Origin: Octopus vulgaris
Lineage: Eukaryota
Assembly: GCA_951406725.2 (NCBI GenBank)
Contig: OX597820.1
Location: 57,660,001-57,724,000 of the forward strand
DNA length: 64,000 bases
Direction of reading: 5' to 3'
A program made the position numbers and the translations under genes. Below the pieces are notes generated by a model that searched no databases, was not told the origin of the DNA, and was given only the letters and a program-made list of their open reading frames with translations. This document shows positions 26,495 through 40,007 of the stretch, piece by piece; position 1 is the first letter of the stretch; each line of letters starts with the position of its first letter.

Positions 26495-26780
26495 TGTATG
26501 TATATATATATATACAGATGTATGTATTTATATGTTTGTGTGTCTCTGTTCCCCACCCACCCACCATCGCTTGACAGCCGATGTCGGAGTGTTTACATAC
26601 CCGTAACTCTTTTGCCGAACCGCCAAGTTCAGAGTAGAGCCGAATCTAGCGGTTCGGCAAAAGACACCGATAGAATAAGTACTTGGCTTACAAACAATAA
26701 GTCCTGGGGTCAGTTTGTTCGACTACAGGCGGTGCTCCTGCATGGTTGCAATCAAATGACTGAAACAAATAAAAGAGGAT
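26258..26780 (+). mobile_element. SINE family A
   Basis: Full copy with expanded internal microsatellite. Confidence 0.88.
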
Positions 26781-27008
26781 GAGTGTTTCAGTTGATCTGG
26801 TCAACGGAACAACCTGCTCGTGAAATTAACGTGAATTAGCGTAACAAAGAATGTGACAAGACTGACCCTTCGAAATAAAAGGACTACTCATGTTTGCCAA
26901 CTGAATAAACTGGAGCGACGAGAAATAAAGTTTCTTGCTCAAGAAGAGAACGCGCTAACGGGAATCGAACTGAAGACTTAACGATCGTGAGCCAAATACG
27001 CTAAACAC

Positions 27009-27053
<45 letters not shown>

Positions 27054-27164
27054 CTCCCCCACCCATCTCCCAAACACATGCCACAAGAAATAAAACGCTT
27101 GACAACTAGTGTTGGCTTATTTACCTCTGCGTAACTAAGAAGTTCGGTAAAGACGCCGATATTA

Positions 27165-27349
27165 GGCGCAGGATTGGCTGTGTCGTAAGTAGCTTGCTTA
27201 CCAATCACGTGGTTCCGGGTTCAGTCCCACTGCGTGGCACTGTGGGCAAGTGTCTTCTACTATTTCCTCGGGCTGACCAAAGCCCTGTGAGTGGATTTGG
27301 TAGACGGAAACTGAAAGAAGCCCGTCGTATGTATGTATATATATATATA

Positions 27350-27385
<36 letters not shown>

Positions 27386-27490
27386 TATGTCTGTGTTTGT
27401 TTCCCCAACATCGCTTGACAACTGATGGTGGTGTGTTTACGTCCCCGTAACTTAGCGGTTCGGCAAAAGAGACCGATAGAATAGTGTTCA
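27165..27490 (+). mobile_element. SINE family A
   Basis: ggcgcaggattggctgtgtcgtaag head to gagaccgatagaata. Confidence 0.88.
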
Positions 27491-27934
27491 ATTTGAAAAA
27501 TAAGCACCTGAGTAACAAACCCTCTAACGAACAAACCCTCTAACACGGCCGCAATTCAGTGATTGAAGAAAGGATAAGATAAAAACCATAAATGATTTCA
27601 TTTAAATATCATAAATAATAGATAAATCATCAAACGATATCCTAAGCCCTTCATTAACAGATAATATACGATTCGCATAACAATAACAACACAAATTATG
27701 TTAAGACATTCACTACACGTATGTAAAAAGAAAAAAAAAGAAAAGAACCACCTTTTATTCAGTATCATCAAGAAAATAATGAAACGAAAAAGAAAACAAT
27801 ATTTCTCGTAAACTATTCCTTATAATTCTTTTCTTTTTTATGATTTGTTTTTTATTTTACGTTTTCCTTCTTTTTCTTGTTTCAGTCACTAGACAAAAAT
27901 AATAAATACATAAATAAATAATCATGAAAAGAAC

Positions 27935-28228
27935 TGGCGTTCCATCGGTTACGACGACTAGGGTTCCCGTTAATCCGATCAACGGAATAACTTTCTTGTG
28001 AAATTAACGTGCAAGTGGTTGAGCACTCCGCAGATTTGTCTTTAAATTACTTCTCAGGGAGACTCAGCTTGACACAGAATGCGACAAGGCTGGAGCTCCC
28101 CCCACGCACCTTTCTTTTTTTGGCTAGCTGAGTAAATTGGAGCATTGCGTAATAAAGTGTCTTGCTCAAGGACACAAAGCGTCGCTGGGAATCGAACTCA
28201 CGACCTAATCACTAAGCCACACGCTCTC
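27935..28228 (-). mobile_element. SINE family C variant (tail ..aacggaacagcctgctcgtgaaattaacg..)
   Basis: Related copies at 26785-27005, 41100-41365 (minus) and 60118-60435 (plus). Confidence 0.75.
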
Positions 28229-28531
28229 ACCAGCCAGTCTGTAGACAACGGCCATGATGAAACACCACCTTGTAGGATTGGTTGAACAAATCAACACAAT
28301 AGCGTAACTGGGAGGAGGAGGCAGTAGGGGCGGTCCGTCCCGGGTGACACTTCTCATTTAAAAAAAACCATCTCTGGCTAATCGTTGAGAGGACATTGGT
28401 GTTACCTTGGCGGATGTTTGCGCTCTCTCTGAGTGCTCTTCTTAGTAAATACTTTGTTTAGTATCAGGTAAGTCCGAGTTGAACAAAAGCATTTACAGCA
28501 GTCGTTAAAAAAAAAAAGAAAAAAAAAAGGG

Positions 28532-28863
28532 GAGTTAAGACCTCCTTCGGTCATGAATGACCATGGAATTAAACCTAGAAAGTTCCCCCTCCGAAGGACA
28601 AGTCCAGGCAAGATAGTTTATGGAAAACCAGCAGTCGCTCATGCATCCAGCCTCCCCTCATCACGCCACCGATGTTATTCAAGGCAAAGGCCGATACAGT
28701 TTGGCACCAGTGACGTCACAACACATTTCTAAAACTGACTGAAATGGAGCAATGTGAAATAAAGTGTCTTGCTCAAGAACACAACACACAGTCCGGTCTA
28801 GGAATCGAACTCACTACCTCATGTGAGCCTCATGTGAGCCTGGCGCTTTAACCACTGAGCCAT
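28532..28863 (-). mobile_element. SINE family C
   Basis: Reverse complement of the 3850-4128 family. Confidence 0.85.
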
Positions 28864-29129
28864 AGTGGTAGTAACATTCTTTTTCGAGTATCAAGGACAG
28901 ACATAGGTAACCTTTTACAAGAAGCGGATCGCATGTGACATGGCTCATTATTAAGCAGGTGGCACAACTCAAAAAGGTAAAAAAGAAGAAAAAGAAAAAT
29001 AATAATTCAAGGTAATTCAGAAAGTCCCAGTTCGTTTCGCCGCCCTCCCTGAATAGGAGGGGTAGGCCGGTTTTCTCTCGGTAGTTGCTGTTGCGAAGGA
29101 GGCAGTTTGGAAGACGAGAGTGAAAGGAA

Positions 29130-29213
29130 TTGCGACAGGCATTTTAATCTCCTGACATTTTCGTTTTCCACATGAAACGAAAAATAAGGTTGGAGAAGAA
29201 ATGCCTGTCGCAA
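29130..29213. other. 84-nt stem-loop within a probable repeat 3' end
   Basis: ttgcgacaggcattt / aaatgcctgtcgcaa perfect 15-bp outer stem, tctcc/ggaga, ttttcgtttc/gaaacgaaaa inner stem. Confidence 0.8.
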
Positions 29214-29843
29214 AGTGTGTTTCGTAAAAGATGGAAGTCCGTAGCAAGTATGTTGCGAGTGAAAGAACCTGTTTAAGCGAGAACAAAAAAAAAAAAAGGG
29301 GGGGGGAAACAAAGTCTTCAGTGTGAGAAATGGTTTGTGGGGTCGACCGCGTCCTCCGCTTCATATTTTGTTAATCAATCATTCGCATTTGATTGTATAT
29401 ATTTAAAATATTAGTTTTGTCTTGTCCTCGTATCGTCCCCTGTTTTTCTTAACCTTATATGGTGAATAAAGAAATTGACTTATCTAGGACACCAACACCA
29501 TCTGATCTCTCAATCCGATTTCGAAGACAACTGAGAAATGATTCAGAAGCGGTGTAGGGTTTTGGCTGTTATTTCTTGTAGGTCGAACAACGACGTGGAA
29601 GTGCTCACGTGGAGCTACACAGCTGCTGCTGCTGCTGCTGCCACAGCCGCTGTTGCTGCTGCTGCTGTTTTATCATTTCGTTATCAAGTCTGCTGCGAGT
29701 CCAGTCTTGAGGATAAAACAAATCTATAAATAAACATGTTGCAATCACATTGCTATCTTTTCTTTTCTGTCTGTCTTAAAAGAAAGCCAGCTCGCCGCAA
29801 TTTCCTTTAACGAAATTCCATCCGACAGTGCCAGCCAGTAACT

Positions 29844-29880
<37 letters not shown>

Positions 29881-29889
29881 ATCGTATTA

Positions 29890-30277
29890 CTCTTTACTCC
29901 TTTACTTTTTTTACTTGTTTCAGTCATTTGACTGCGGCCATGCTGGAGCACCGCCTATGGTCGAGCAAATCGATCCCAGGACTTATTCTTTGTAAGCCTA
30001 GTACTTATTCTATCGGTGTCTTTTGCCGAACCGCTAAGTTACGGGGACGTAAATACACCAACATCGGTTGTAAAGCGATGTTGAGGGACAAACACACATA
30101 TATATATACGTATACACGACGGGCTTCTCTTCAGTTTCCGTCTACGAAATCCATTTATAAAGCTTTGGTCGGCCCGAGGCTATAGTAGAAGTCACTTGCC
30201 CAAGGTGCCACGCAGTGGGACTGAACCCGGAACCATGTGGTGGGTAAGGAAGTTACTTACCACACAACAACTCCTGC
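29890..30277 (-). mobile_element. SINE family A
   Basis: Full reverse-complement copy. Confidence 0.9.
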
Positions 30278-30354
30278 TTATCGTGTTATCAGTCAAAATT
30301 TTGGGCCTTGTGCCTTTGTTACACATATTATAAAGAAATATCACTATTATTAAG

Positions 30355-31115
30355 GAAAGCGGCAGGCAGACGGAATCATTAGCAGGCCGGACAAAATGCT
30401 TAGAGGCATTACGTCCGTCTTTACGTTCTGAGTTCAAATCCCGCCAACGTCAGCTTTGCCTTTCGTTCTTTCTGAGATCAACGTAATCGACTTCCCTCTT
30501 CTCACAAACTAGCTGACTCTGCACCAAAATTAGAAACCATTATTATGGCAGCGAGCTGGCCGAATCGTTAGCGCATCGGACAAAATGCTTAATGGTATTT
30601 CGTCTGTCTTTATGCTCTGAGTTCAAATTCCGCCGAGGTCGACTTTGCCTTTCATCCTTTCGGGGTCGATAAATTAAGTACCAGTTGTGCTCTGGGGTCG
30701 ATCTGATCGACTGACCCTAAAATTTTATGCCTAGAGTAGAAAAGAATCGTTAGCACGTCGGGCAAAATGCTTAGCGGTATTTCGTCTGCCGGCCGCTACG
30801 TTCTGAGTTCAAATTCCGCCGTGGTCGACTTTGCCTTTCATCCTTTCGGGGTCGATTAAATAAGTACCAGTTACGCACTGGGGTCGATATAATCGCCTTA
30901 AACCGTTTGTCTGTCCTTGTTTGTCCCCTCTGTGTTTAGCCCCTCGTGGGTAGTAAAGAAATAGGTATTTCTTCCGATCTTTTATGTTCTGAGTTCAAAT
31001 CCCGGTCATGTCAGCTTTAAAAATAAGAACCAGTTGAGTACAGGGGCCGATGTAATAGACTACCTCTCCCCAAAAATTTCAAGCCTTGTGCCTACAGTAG
31101 AAAGGATTATTATTA
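30355..31115 (+). mobile_element. Cluster/array of SINE B copies of differing age
   Basis: Four Meta-like cores; a young copy's tail joins ggtatt of an older copy at 30964. Confidence 0.88.
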
Positions 31116-31735
31116 TTATTGATGTTGCTGTTGTTAAAATTGTGAGTGATAGACTCTATAGTTGCTTCAGTTTACGTTCAAAATTCACGTCCCAAAGGAG
31201 TCCAAATTTACCTTTCCGTCTTTCTGAAGCCTATATAATAAATATAAAGTGTTATAGATATTGTTTACAGGGAGATAGGTAACCAGGTACGTAGTTACAG
31301 GTTTATTTATCAACGTCATTTATAGTAATGTGACTGGGACCAAGATACTGAACGACTGGGTTAAAATGAACTCAGAGAAATTATCACATAATAAGGCATA
31401 GCTGGTTTGGCGCCGTCTATTAGGCGTCACTGATTTAACACTGACTTACTTGACATTAGACTTAACATTTCTCTCGTTCTCCTCTCCCTCTCTCCCCATT
31501 CTTTCTTCCCCTGTGTTTATGTGTGTGAGCATATTTTCGTTTAAGTGTGCGAGAAAAGGGAAAGTGTTTTTATCATTCGTGTTCAATTAATAAATAATTG
31601 TAATTTTTCTCTCACTCTTTCTCTGTCTCTTTGTCGCAGTCTTTCTCTGTCTCAAATGGTCATCGACCAAACAGTAACCTCAATTCCTTGCTACTTAGAG
31701 GAAAGACGCTCGTTTCGTTAAATTGTTATCGAGTA

Positions 31736-31860
31736 GGCGCAGAAGTGGCTGTGTGGTAAGTAGCTTGCTTACCAACCACAAGGTTCCGAGTTCATTCCCA
31801 CTGCGTGGCACTTTGGAAAACGGAAACTGAAAGAAGCCCGTCGTATATATGTATATACAT

Positions 31861-31917
<57 letters not shown>

Positions 31918-32133
31918 GGGAATAAATCCAAATTTACAGGGAAAAAAATCAGATTTAGGATTAAATCCAATTTTATAGTAAAATATTATATAATATTAAT
32001 TAGAGACAAAACCACTATTTTGCAAAACAAACAAGGAAAGACTTAATCAATACATAAGATTTTAATAAAAAGTCAAAATCTTATGTATTGATTAAGTCTT
32101 TCCTTGTTTTCAAAATAGTGGTTTTGTCTCTAA

Positions 32134-32187
<54 letters not shown>

Positions 32188-32395
32188 ATATGTTTGTGTG
32201 TTTGTGTTTGTCCTACCAACATCGCTTGACAACCGATGGTGGTGTGTTTACGTCCCTGTAACTTAGCAGTTCGACAAAAGAGACCGATAGAATAAGTACT
32301 AGGCTTACAAATAATAAGTCCTGGGGTCTATTTGCTCGACTAAAAGGCGGTGTTCCAGCATGGCCGCAGTCAAATGACTGAAACGAGTAAAATAA
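31736..32395 (+). mobile_element. SINE family A interrupted by a palindromic insert
   Basis: Head 31736-31845, tail 32190-32395; 31911-32146 inserted into its (TA)n. Confidence 0.85.
31987..32146. repeat. Long palindrome, ~72-77-bp arms with 11-nt loop
   Basis: tatataatattaattagagacaaaaccactattttg..caaggaaagacttaatcaatacataagatttt / aataaaaagtc / reverse complement with one small indel. Confidence 0.93.
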
Positions 32396-32532
32396 AATTT
32401 AAAAAATAAAGTTCTGTTGAATTCGTGTTCTCTTTGCAAGCCTGGAAAGGCGGTGGTCGGAGGTCATTCCAGTGTGCGTCTCCTCCAATGATTACAAGAA
32501 CCCTTCAGGTCTAGAATTAGATAGACTCAGAC

Positions 32533-32714
32533 CAGTGGCACAGCTGCTGGGTGGAGGTGGGTATCGAAGGGAGTGGTTCTACCCAGACGACGCTTTTATG
32601 GATGTGACGCTTTGGAGGCTAATATATAAACCTGTTTAGAGTTGGCAGCCCTGATGGGGTTTGGTGGAAAACTGGAGGGCTGCCACCGATGGCTACGCTC
32701 TAATTACGCTACTG
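32533..32714. mobile_element. hAT-like MITE
   Basis: TIR cagtggcacagct / aattacgctactg; shares gacgcttttatgg..tataa.cctgt.tagag with 11451-11610. Confidence 0.55.
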
Positions 32715-32970
32715 GTCTCTGCCGGAGCAGGCTTAAGATACATATATATTTATATTCAAGGCAGTGCCCCAGCATGACCGCAGTCTAATTACTAAAACAA
32801 GTCAAAGAATAAATAAGCATTACATTTGTCAGAGTAATCTGAATGCTAAAGGGTTAAACTCGCTGGTGGTTTTATTGTTTTTCTTGTTTCAGTCATTAGA
32901 CTGCGGCCATGCTGGGGCAACAGCTTGAATTTTTAGTCGAATGAATCGATCTCAGTACCTGTGTATATAT

Positions 32971-33585
32971 ATGCGTGCTTATAGTTGGTACTATTGTGGT
33001 TGCATGATCGAAGTTTGAGCTTGATCGTGCCATTTTCCTTTCTGGCTTTACAGTGAAAGCATGATCGCTCCACTAACAATGTGCACCAAAGAAGAACAAA
33101 AGAGCAGTGATCCGATTTCTCTGGTCGGAAGATGTGTTTGGTGTTGAAATTCATCGGAGGTTTTTAGCACAATACGAGGATTGTGATAACAACCGTGTAG
33201 AAGTGTGTATGAGTGGATCGAGAAGTTTAAAAGTGGCCGGACAAGCGTGACGTACGAAGAGGGAGCAGGACGTCCGTCAACCTCCATCACTGACGAAAAG
33301 ATTCAGTAAGCTCGAGAGATGGTAATAGTGAACCGGTTGGCCACTATCATCTCTTGGATCACTGCTTTTTGTTTTCTTTGGTGTGCATTGCTAGTGGAGC
33401 GGCCATACTTACACTGTAAAGCCAGAAAGAAAAATGGCGCGATCAAGTTCAAACTTCGATCACATGATCACAATAGTACCAACTATAAGCACGCATGCTC
33501 AGAAGGAAGTGTGACAATAATAAAGATATGTTATGGCGGATAATTATCCGCCCAAAAAGTGCGAATAATTTTTGACTTAACCTCG
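32971..33585. mobile_element. Mariner-derived fold-back element
   Basis: 32971-33115 is inverted at 33354-33496; the centre encodes the mariner N-terminus (CTKEEQ..VIRFLWSE..VYEWIEKFKSGRTSV..GRPSTS); right end ..aataatttttgacttaacctcg followed by TA. Confidence 0.88.
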
Positions 33586-33629
<44 letters not shown>

Positions 33630-34090
33630 AAGTAAAAAGTAAAAGAGTCAAAAGGAAGAGTAAGTACGGTTAGGCAGCTTTTTAATCACTACAAATGTTT
33701 CGATACATACAGATCCTCCTATATACAGGATTTAAAGTTAAGTTTAAATTAAATTATGTAGCGATTTACCTGTATAAGAAGATCTATATGTATCGCCTCA
33801 GGCGATACTCAATTGCTGCCTCCGTAAGTAAATCTCGATTTCCATGCTACAACATCCATGGCATCTTCTTTGAAACCAACAAATGCTGACGGTTTCAATT
33901 CGCTCGCGGTATGAGTGTGTTATCACGTTCGACATGAGCTGCAATGTGCACGTTGTCTGTTTATTTATCCAGTTTCAACATGTTATTCTGCACATGCTAA
34001 ACTGTACAATTACGCAAAATACATTCATCCATTAGCTCATACACATACAATCACTTACACACCGATATACCATACATGACTGAGTGTTTC

Positions 34091-34131
<41 letters not shown>

Positions 34132-34135
<4 letters not shown>

Positions 34136-34347
34136 AGTGACAAGGCCGGCCCTTTGAAATACAGGTACAACAGAAACAGGAAGTAAGAGTGAGAGAAAGT
34201 TGTGGTGAAAGAGTACAGCAGGGATCACCACCATCCCCTGCCGGAGCCTCGTGGAGCTTTATGTGTTTTCGCTCAATAAACACTCACAACGCCCGGTCTG
34301 GGAATCGAAACCGCGATCCTATGACCGCGAGTCCGCTGCCCTAACCA
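34132..34347 (-). mobile_element. SINE family D fragment flanked by a long direct repeat
   Basis: Minus head gtggttagggcagcggactcgcggtcataggatcgcggtttcgattccc; same family as 43887-44200. Confidence 0.8.
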
Positions 34348-34405
34348 CTCATACACATACAATCACTTACACACCGATACACCATACATGACTGAGTGTT
34401 TCCAT

Positions 34406-34484
<79 letters not shown>

Positions 34485-34774
34485 ACACTCACACGCAGAC
34501 ATGTACACACATACATGCATATATATAAAAAAAATATATGTACATATATTCAGATGCACGCACGCATACATATACACACCTACATATCAATAAACACATT
34601 CACATCCATACATAGACGCTTAAACATTTATCTACTCATTTTCATGTACATAGTTATATCTACATATTTATATCGTTGAACGCTCCATCATAAATACACA
34701 CTTCTATACATACGTGAAGGCGGTAAAAAATGGGTTTAACGAGATAGAACAATAATTATAATTTATACACTGTT

Positions 34775-36170
34775 CCATCTGGAAAATGCATATTTTGCGC
34801 GGTGGTTACACCTTGGAATTTTTTTTATCATGTTTATTCACTAGATTTTCATTACTCAGTAGAATACTTAGAGCTTCCTCAAGGCAAACGTCACATTTGC
34901 CAGATAGTGAAGTACATAGATGTATGTTTTTTTTTTATTTTTTTACCATTCTGATTGGTATCTAATTTTTGGTTCTTTCAGTCCCCATATGAGGTTTGCC
35001 AACGAGGTCGAGTGCCGTCTATTTATTTTTCGGAATGATGAGTTGTGGTTTCGATAACGGACTTTGAATTGGTTTTCAGTGGTACCTATGTACACGTAAT
35101 TATGTTGAGATGTGTAGTTTATGCATTTATATACTATGTATCTTGTTTTTGAGCACATTGGTTCAGGAGCGGACATGCAGATTTTCTACGGTATGTGCAG
35201 TTAATCGTATTCTTATTATTCTTATGTTTATCTAGCGGCTTTTTGATTCTGTTTTCATGATGTTTCGTTTGATTTCTAGTACCCGAGGCTTTGTTTAATC
35301 GGTAATCTGTTTTGTTGTATCTTTTTGGATGATATATTTCAACTATATTGTCATCGTCTTTTACGCTATCTGAGATTTTGCTATCTATCTGTTGTTTATT
35401 TTGGCTATTGGTGTTAAATTCTGTGCAGTTTGGATTTGTTTGTTCTCTACCAGCAGACGTTGTTTCTATGTTCAATTTCTGGTTGTTGTATTTGTGTATG
35501 TAGTACTCCATATTGTAAGATGTTGCATACGATATTTTCCCTGTGTGTTTTTTTGAATAAACGGTAGTATTTATGTGTTTTAGGAAAGCATCTATTTAAT
35601 GCTGCAATGAATTGCTTACCAATCCTGGACAATATTTGGAGTTCAAAAATTGGAGTATACCATAGGACTTCCGAACTTTTGTACCTTTTGTTTGGTTTCT
35701 TCCATATTTTTTTGTGTAGTGATAATGTGTGTCAGTATTTCAATTTTTTCTTTCCTTTTGGGTTAATACATTTTCCTCCGATCTTTTCTTTGTTCCCCAG
35801 GTTTTCTTCTTTCTCATGTTCGTTTGTTGATGTCATACGAATTAACTGTGTATTCTATCTTATTTGTGTTTGTGTTATTATTATTTGTTGTTTTATTATT
35901 TACAAACTTGATTCTTTCTTTATATCCGCTTCATTGTAGTATTGTGCATGTTGTTTGAATATTTCTTCTGATGCTGATAATTGTGATATTCTGATAACTA
36001 CATTCTTAATTATACATTATACTTTTGATCATGGAAGGTGGACGGTTATAATTAACATTTATGTATTTTAAGCATTCATTAGGCTTGTGGTATGATTCGT
36101 ACATGCCACTTTCCAAATTGAAAGTCGCATCTAAAAAGTTTACCTTACGATAATTACCGTCTATGGTAAA
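34775..36170 (-). pseudogene. Penelope-like element: RT C-terminus plus GIY-YIG endonuclease, frameshifted
   Basis: KVNFLDATFNL..YHKPNE, IGKQFIAALNRCFPKTHKYYRLF, NCT.RRKSACPLLNQC, IVYKC..YIGTTENQFKVRYRNHNSSF, TSLANLIW.LK, CDVCLEE. Confidence 0.92.
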
Positions 36171-36749
36171 TATCTAAGACAAGCTCAATGTCACGACAGC
36201 GCTCCTACGACGCCATTGGGTGTTGGGGAATCACGGACAGGGTACTGTACGCCAATTACCATCCAATACATTAGAATCTAAAGAATAAGATATTGGTTCT
36301 TCACCAAACGATGACAAAAAGAAAGAAAAAAAAGAATGACAACAACAAAAACTGACTGACACAGTCGAGCATATTTTAGTCTAGTTCTGTCTTAGGTTTC
36401 GGTGATAATCAAATACAATCGCCAGAAGACTATTGTTCCGTCTGGTTTTTACGTGTTCGATCTAATCAACTTCTGCGACACAGTTCGATAATTTGGTTGG
36501 TTTCGTTAGCAAGGCAGCTAAAAGATTACAGCAATGAGATTGTAACACGTTTATTTATAGATTTCTAACTATCCACCCTTATCATATACCCCGCCAACTT
36601 ATTCCATAGCGAAAATTACTTTCATGTGGAAACATATTTTCTTCCTGTCAGAATCGTTTCACTACCAAAGAAATAATGATTTAACGAAAAGAAAAAAAAA
36701 AATCTTTTAGCGATACTTAATCAAAGGGTCACAGAAAAGGCGCGCGCGC

Positions 36750-37260
<511 letters not shown>

Positions 37261-37646
37261 TAAAAACATGCTTGTACTCTTGTATACAGATATCTATGCA
37301 TACCTGTTAGTGTATATGCACATGAACTGATCGGAATGTATATGCCTGCGTTGTATAGAAATCTATCATGTCACATGAAATTGTGACAATCTCGATATAA
37401 GATGTCCCTGTCCCCGACTCGTTTACACTTGATGAGGCGAGATTTCGGTTAATATTAATGGAACTGTCCCGATTAGTTACCACTGAGAGAGATATGTATG
37501 TATATTTTGAACACTACATTTTGTATTGAGTCCTATGTGCGATAATGTTTTATTCAACGTTTACCGTACCCCTATATATATTTATATTAAACACAGACAC
37601 ACAGACACAGACACACATATATATATACACAAATGCATATATACAC

Positions 37647-37683
<37 letters not shown>

Positions 37684-37834
37684 ATATGTGTGTGTGTGTG
37701 TGTATATATGTGTGTGTGTGTGTATAAATATACATACAAACACACACACGCACACACACGAACGCACACACACACACAAGTTCACATACCCACGTATGAA
37801 TACAACATATGCATATATCGATGAATATTTATAA

Positions 37835-37872
<38 letters not shown>

Positions 37873-38106
37873 GACTCTGTGTTTGTGTGTATGCATATTT
37901 TTATGTATGTGTATATATATATATATATGTTTGTATTTGTGTGTGTATGTGTGTGTGTGTGTGTGTGTGTATTCTTTTATTCATTTACTGCTTTCATTGG
38001 ACTGCGGCCATATTGGGTCATCGCCTTCAAGGGTTTTAGTCGATTATATCGACCCCAGTATTTAGTCTGTTGACCTCTGATACCAACACACACGCACGCG
38101 CGCGCA

Positions 38107-38209
<103 letters not shown>

Positions 38210-38459
38210 ATGAAACATATAATGTGAGCGTGTATATGAATAAATTACAAATATTAGCTAATTATGTGGTCTATACTTCGCAATAATAAATCAAGATGGA
38301 AAATAATGTCCAGCATCCTGACAGCAACTAATCATCTGTTTGCCAGGCACTTCTGCTAACAACGCTTACAATTACACATTATTGCACTTCATCGCATCAC
38401 ATCACACTACAACACCACGGAATACCATACGCACAATATGTTTGTGTGTATGTGTGTGT

Positions 38460-38520
<61 letters not shown>

Positions 38521-38704
38521 TGTGTGTTGCTCTATCTGTTTGTCAGTCTGCTTCTCTCTCATATATATATATATGGTTGTTAGCAGCTGACACGTTCTAT
38601 CATACCCAGCAGAACAAGCTCAGAGTTTTCATAATAATAATAAAAATAATAATAATAGTAATAATGATGATGATGTTGATGATCATCATTACCATCATCG
38701 TTAT

Positions 38705-38926
38705 TGTTAGCACGCTGGACGAAAAGCTTAGCGGTATTTCATCTGCCGCTACGTTCTGAGTTCAAATTCTGCCGGGGTCGACTTTGCTTTTCATCTTTTC
38801 AGGGTCGATTAAATAAGTACCAGTTACGCATTGGGGTTGATGAAATCGGCTAGTCCTCACCCCCAGATTTCAAGCCTTGTGCCTATAGTAGAAAGGATTA
38901 TTATTATTATTATTATTATTATTATT
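38705..38926 (+). mobile_element. SINE B with (TTA)n tail
   Basis: Meta-like core, tail gtgcctatagtagaaaggattattatt. Confidence 0.85.
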
Positions 38927-39480
38927 GAGTGAGAGAGCAGTTCATGCCATCAAAGTGACACTGGGGTAAAATATACGAAGCCCAATATACCCATCATGAC
39001 TACCCGTCTGATAAGGGCACACCAGGCACATGCATCACAACCATATGTGCGCGGCATGGTGATCTCATATCAAGATAAACTGCACATGACCTTGCAGGTG
39101 GGGCCCAGTTAGAATTTTCTTCAGGTTGAGTAGCCCATCCCGCTCAAACGGTCCCTGAATAAGGGTTGTTTAAGGATGTTGAAAAACCCACCCATGTCTC
39201 CAGAGGTGAATTATTCAAACCCCAAAGAATCCCTCTCAACACATGGCTATGATGCTCCCCCACTACTTCTGCTCGTGATCAGAGATGCACATATCGTCAG
39301 CCACTAAGGGACATGCTCAACTGGTTAAGGTCAAACAACTGACAAGCAAATCTGTGGTATTGAGCAGAATATTTGCTGTAGCCCATCTTTTATACCAAGA
39401 CAGAACAATGTACATGATAACACTTCCAATCAGTTAAGATCAGAAGCCATGAGAGCCTCTGCCTGGTACTGCATCAGGGC

Positions 39481-39482
<2 letters not shown>
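38927..39482. mobile_element. ~555-bp non-coding element inserted in (TTA)n
   Basis: Higher-GC complex sequence with pure (TTA)n on both sides and no ORF; inferred non-autonomous TAA-targeting element. Confidence 0.6.
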
Positions 39483-39552
<70 letters not shown>

Positions 39553-40007
39553 GAGGTGAGCTCGCAAAGTCGTTAGCATGCTGGTCGAAATTTTTGGCGG
39601 CATTACATTCGTCTTTATGTTCTGAATTCAAATTCCACCAGGGTCGACTTTTCCTTTCATCGTTTCCTGGTCGATAAAATAAGTACCAGTTGAGCACTGG
39701 GTTCGATGTAACCTTCCCCCCAAAATTGTTGATCTCGAGCCAAAATTTAAAACCAATATTTTGCGTCAGTTTTGCCTGGCAGTATCATTTTGCATGTGTG
39801 AACCACTCATCATGCAAAAACCGTAATGTTGTGGACAATCAAAAGATCAAAATCAAAAGCAGGAACGAAACATCTGCCCAATGACATCTAGCACCGAACA
39901 TTCCAGAAAAACCTCGAAACATACAAGAACCAGTTTGGACAAGAGCGGAGAGAATGATGGCATGTGGACCATACCGGTGGAAGCTTAAAATCGCCCTCCC
40001 CAAAAAT

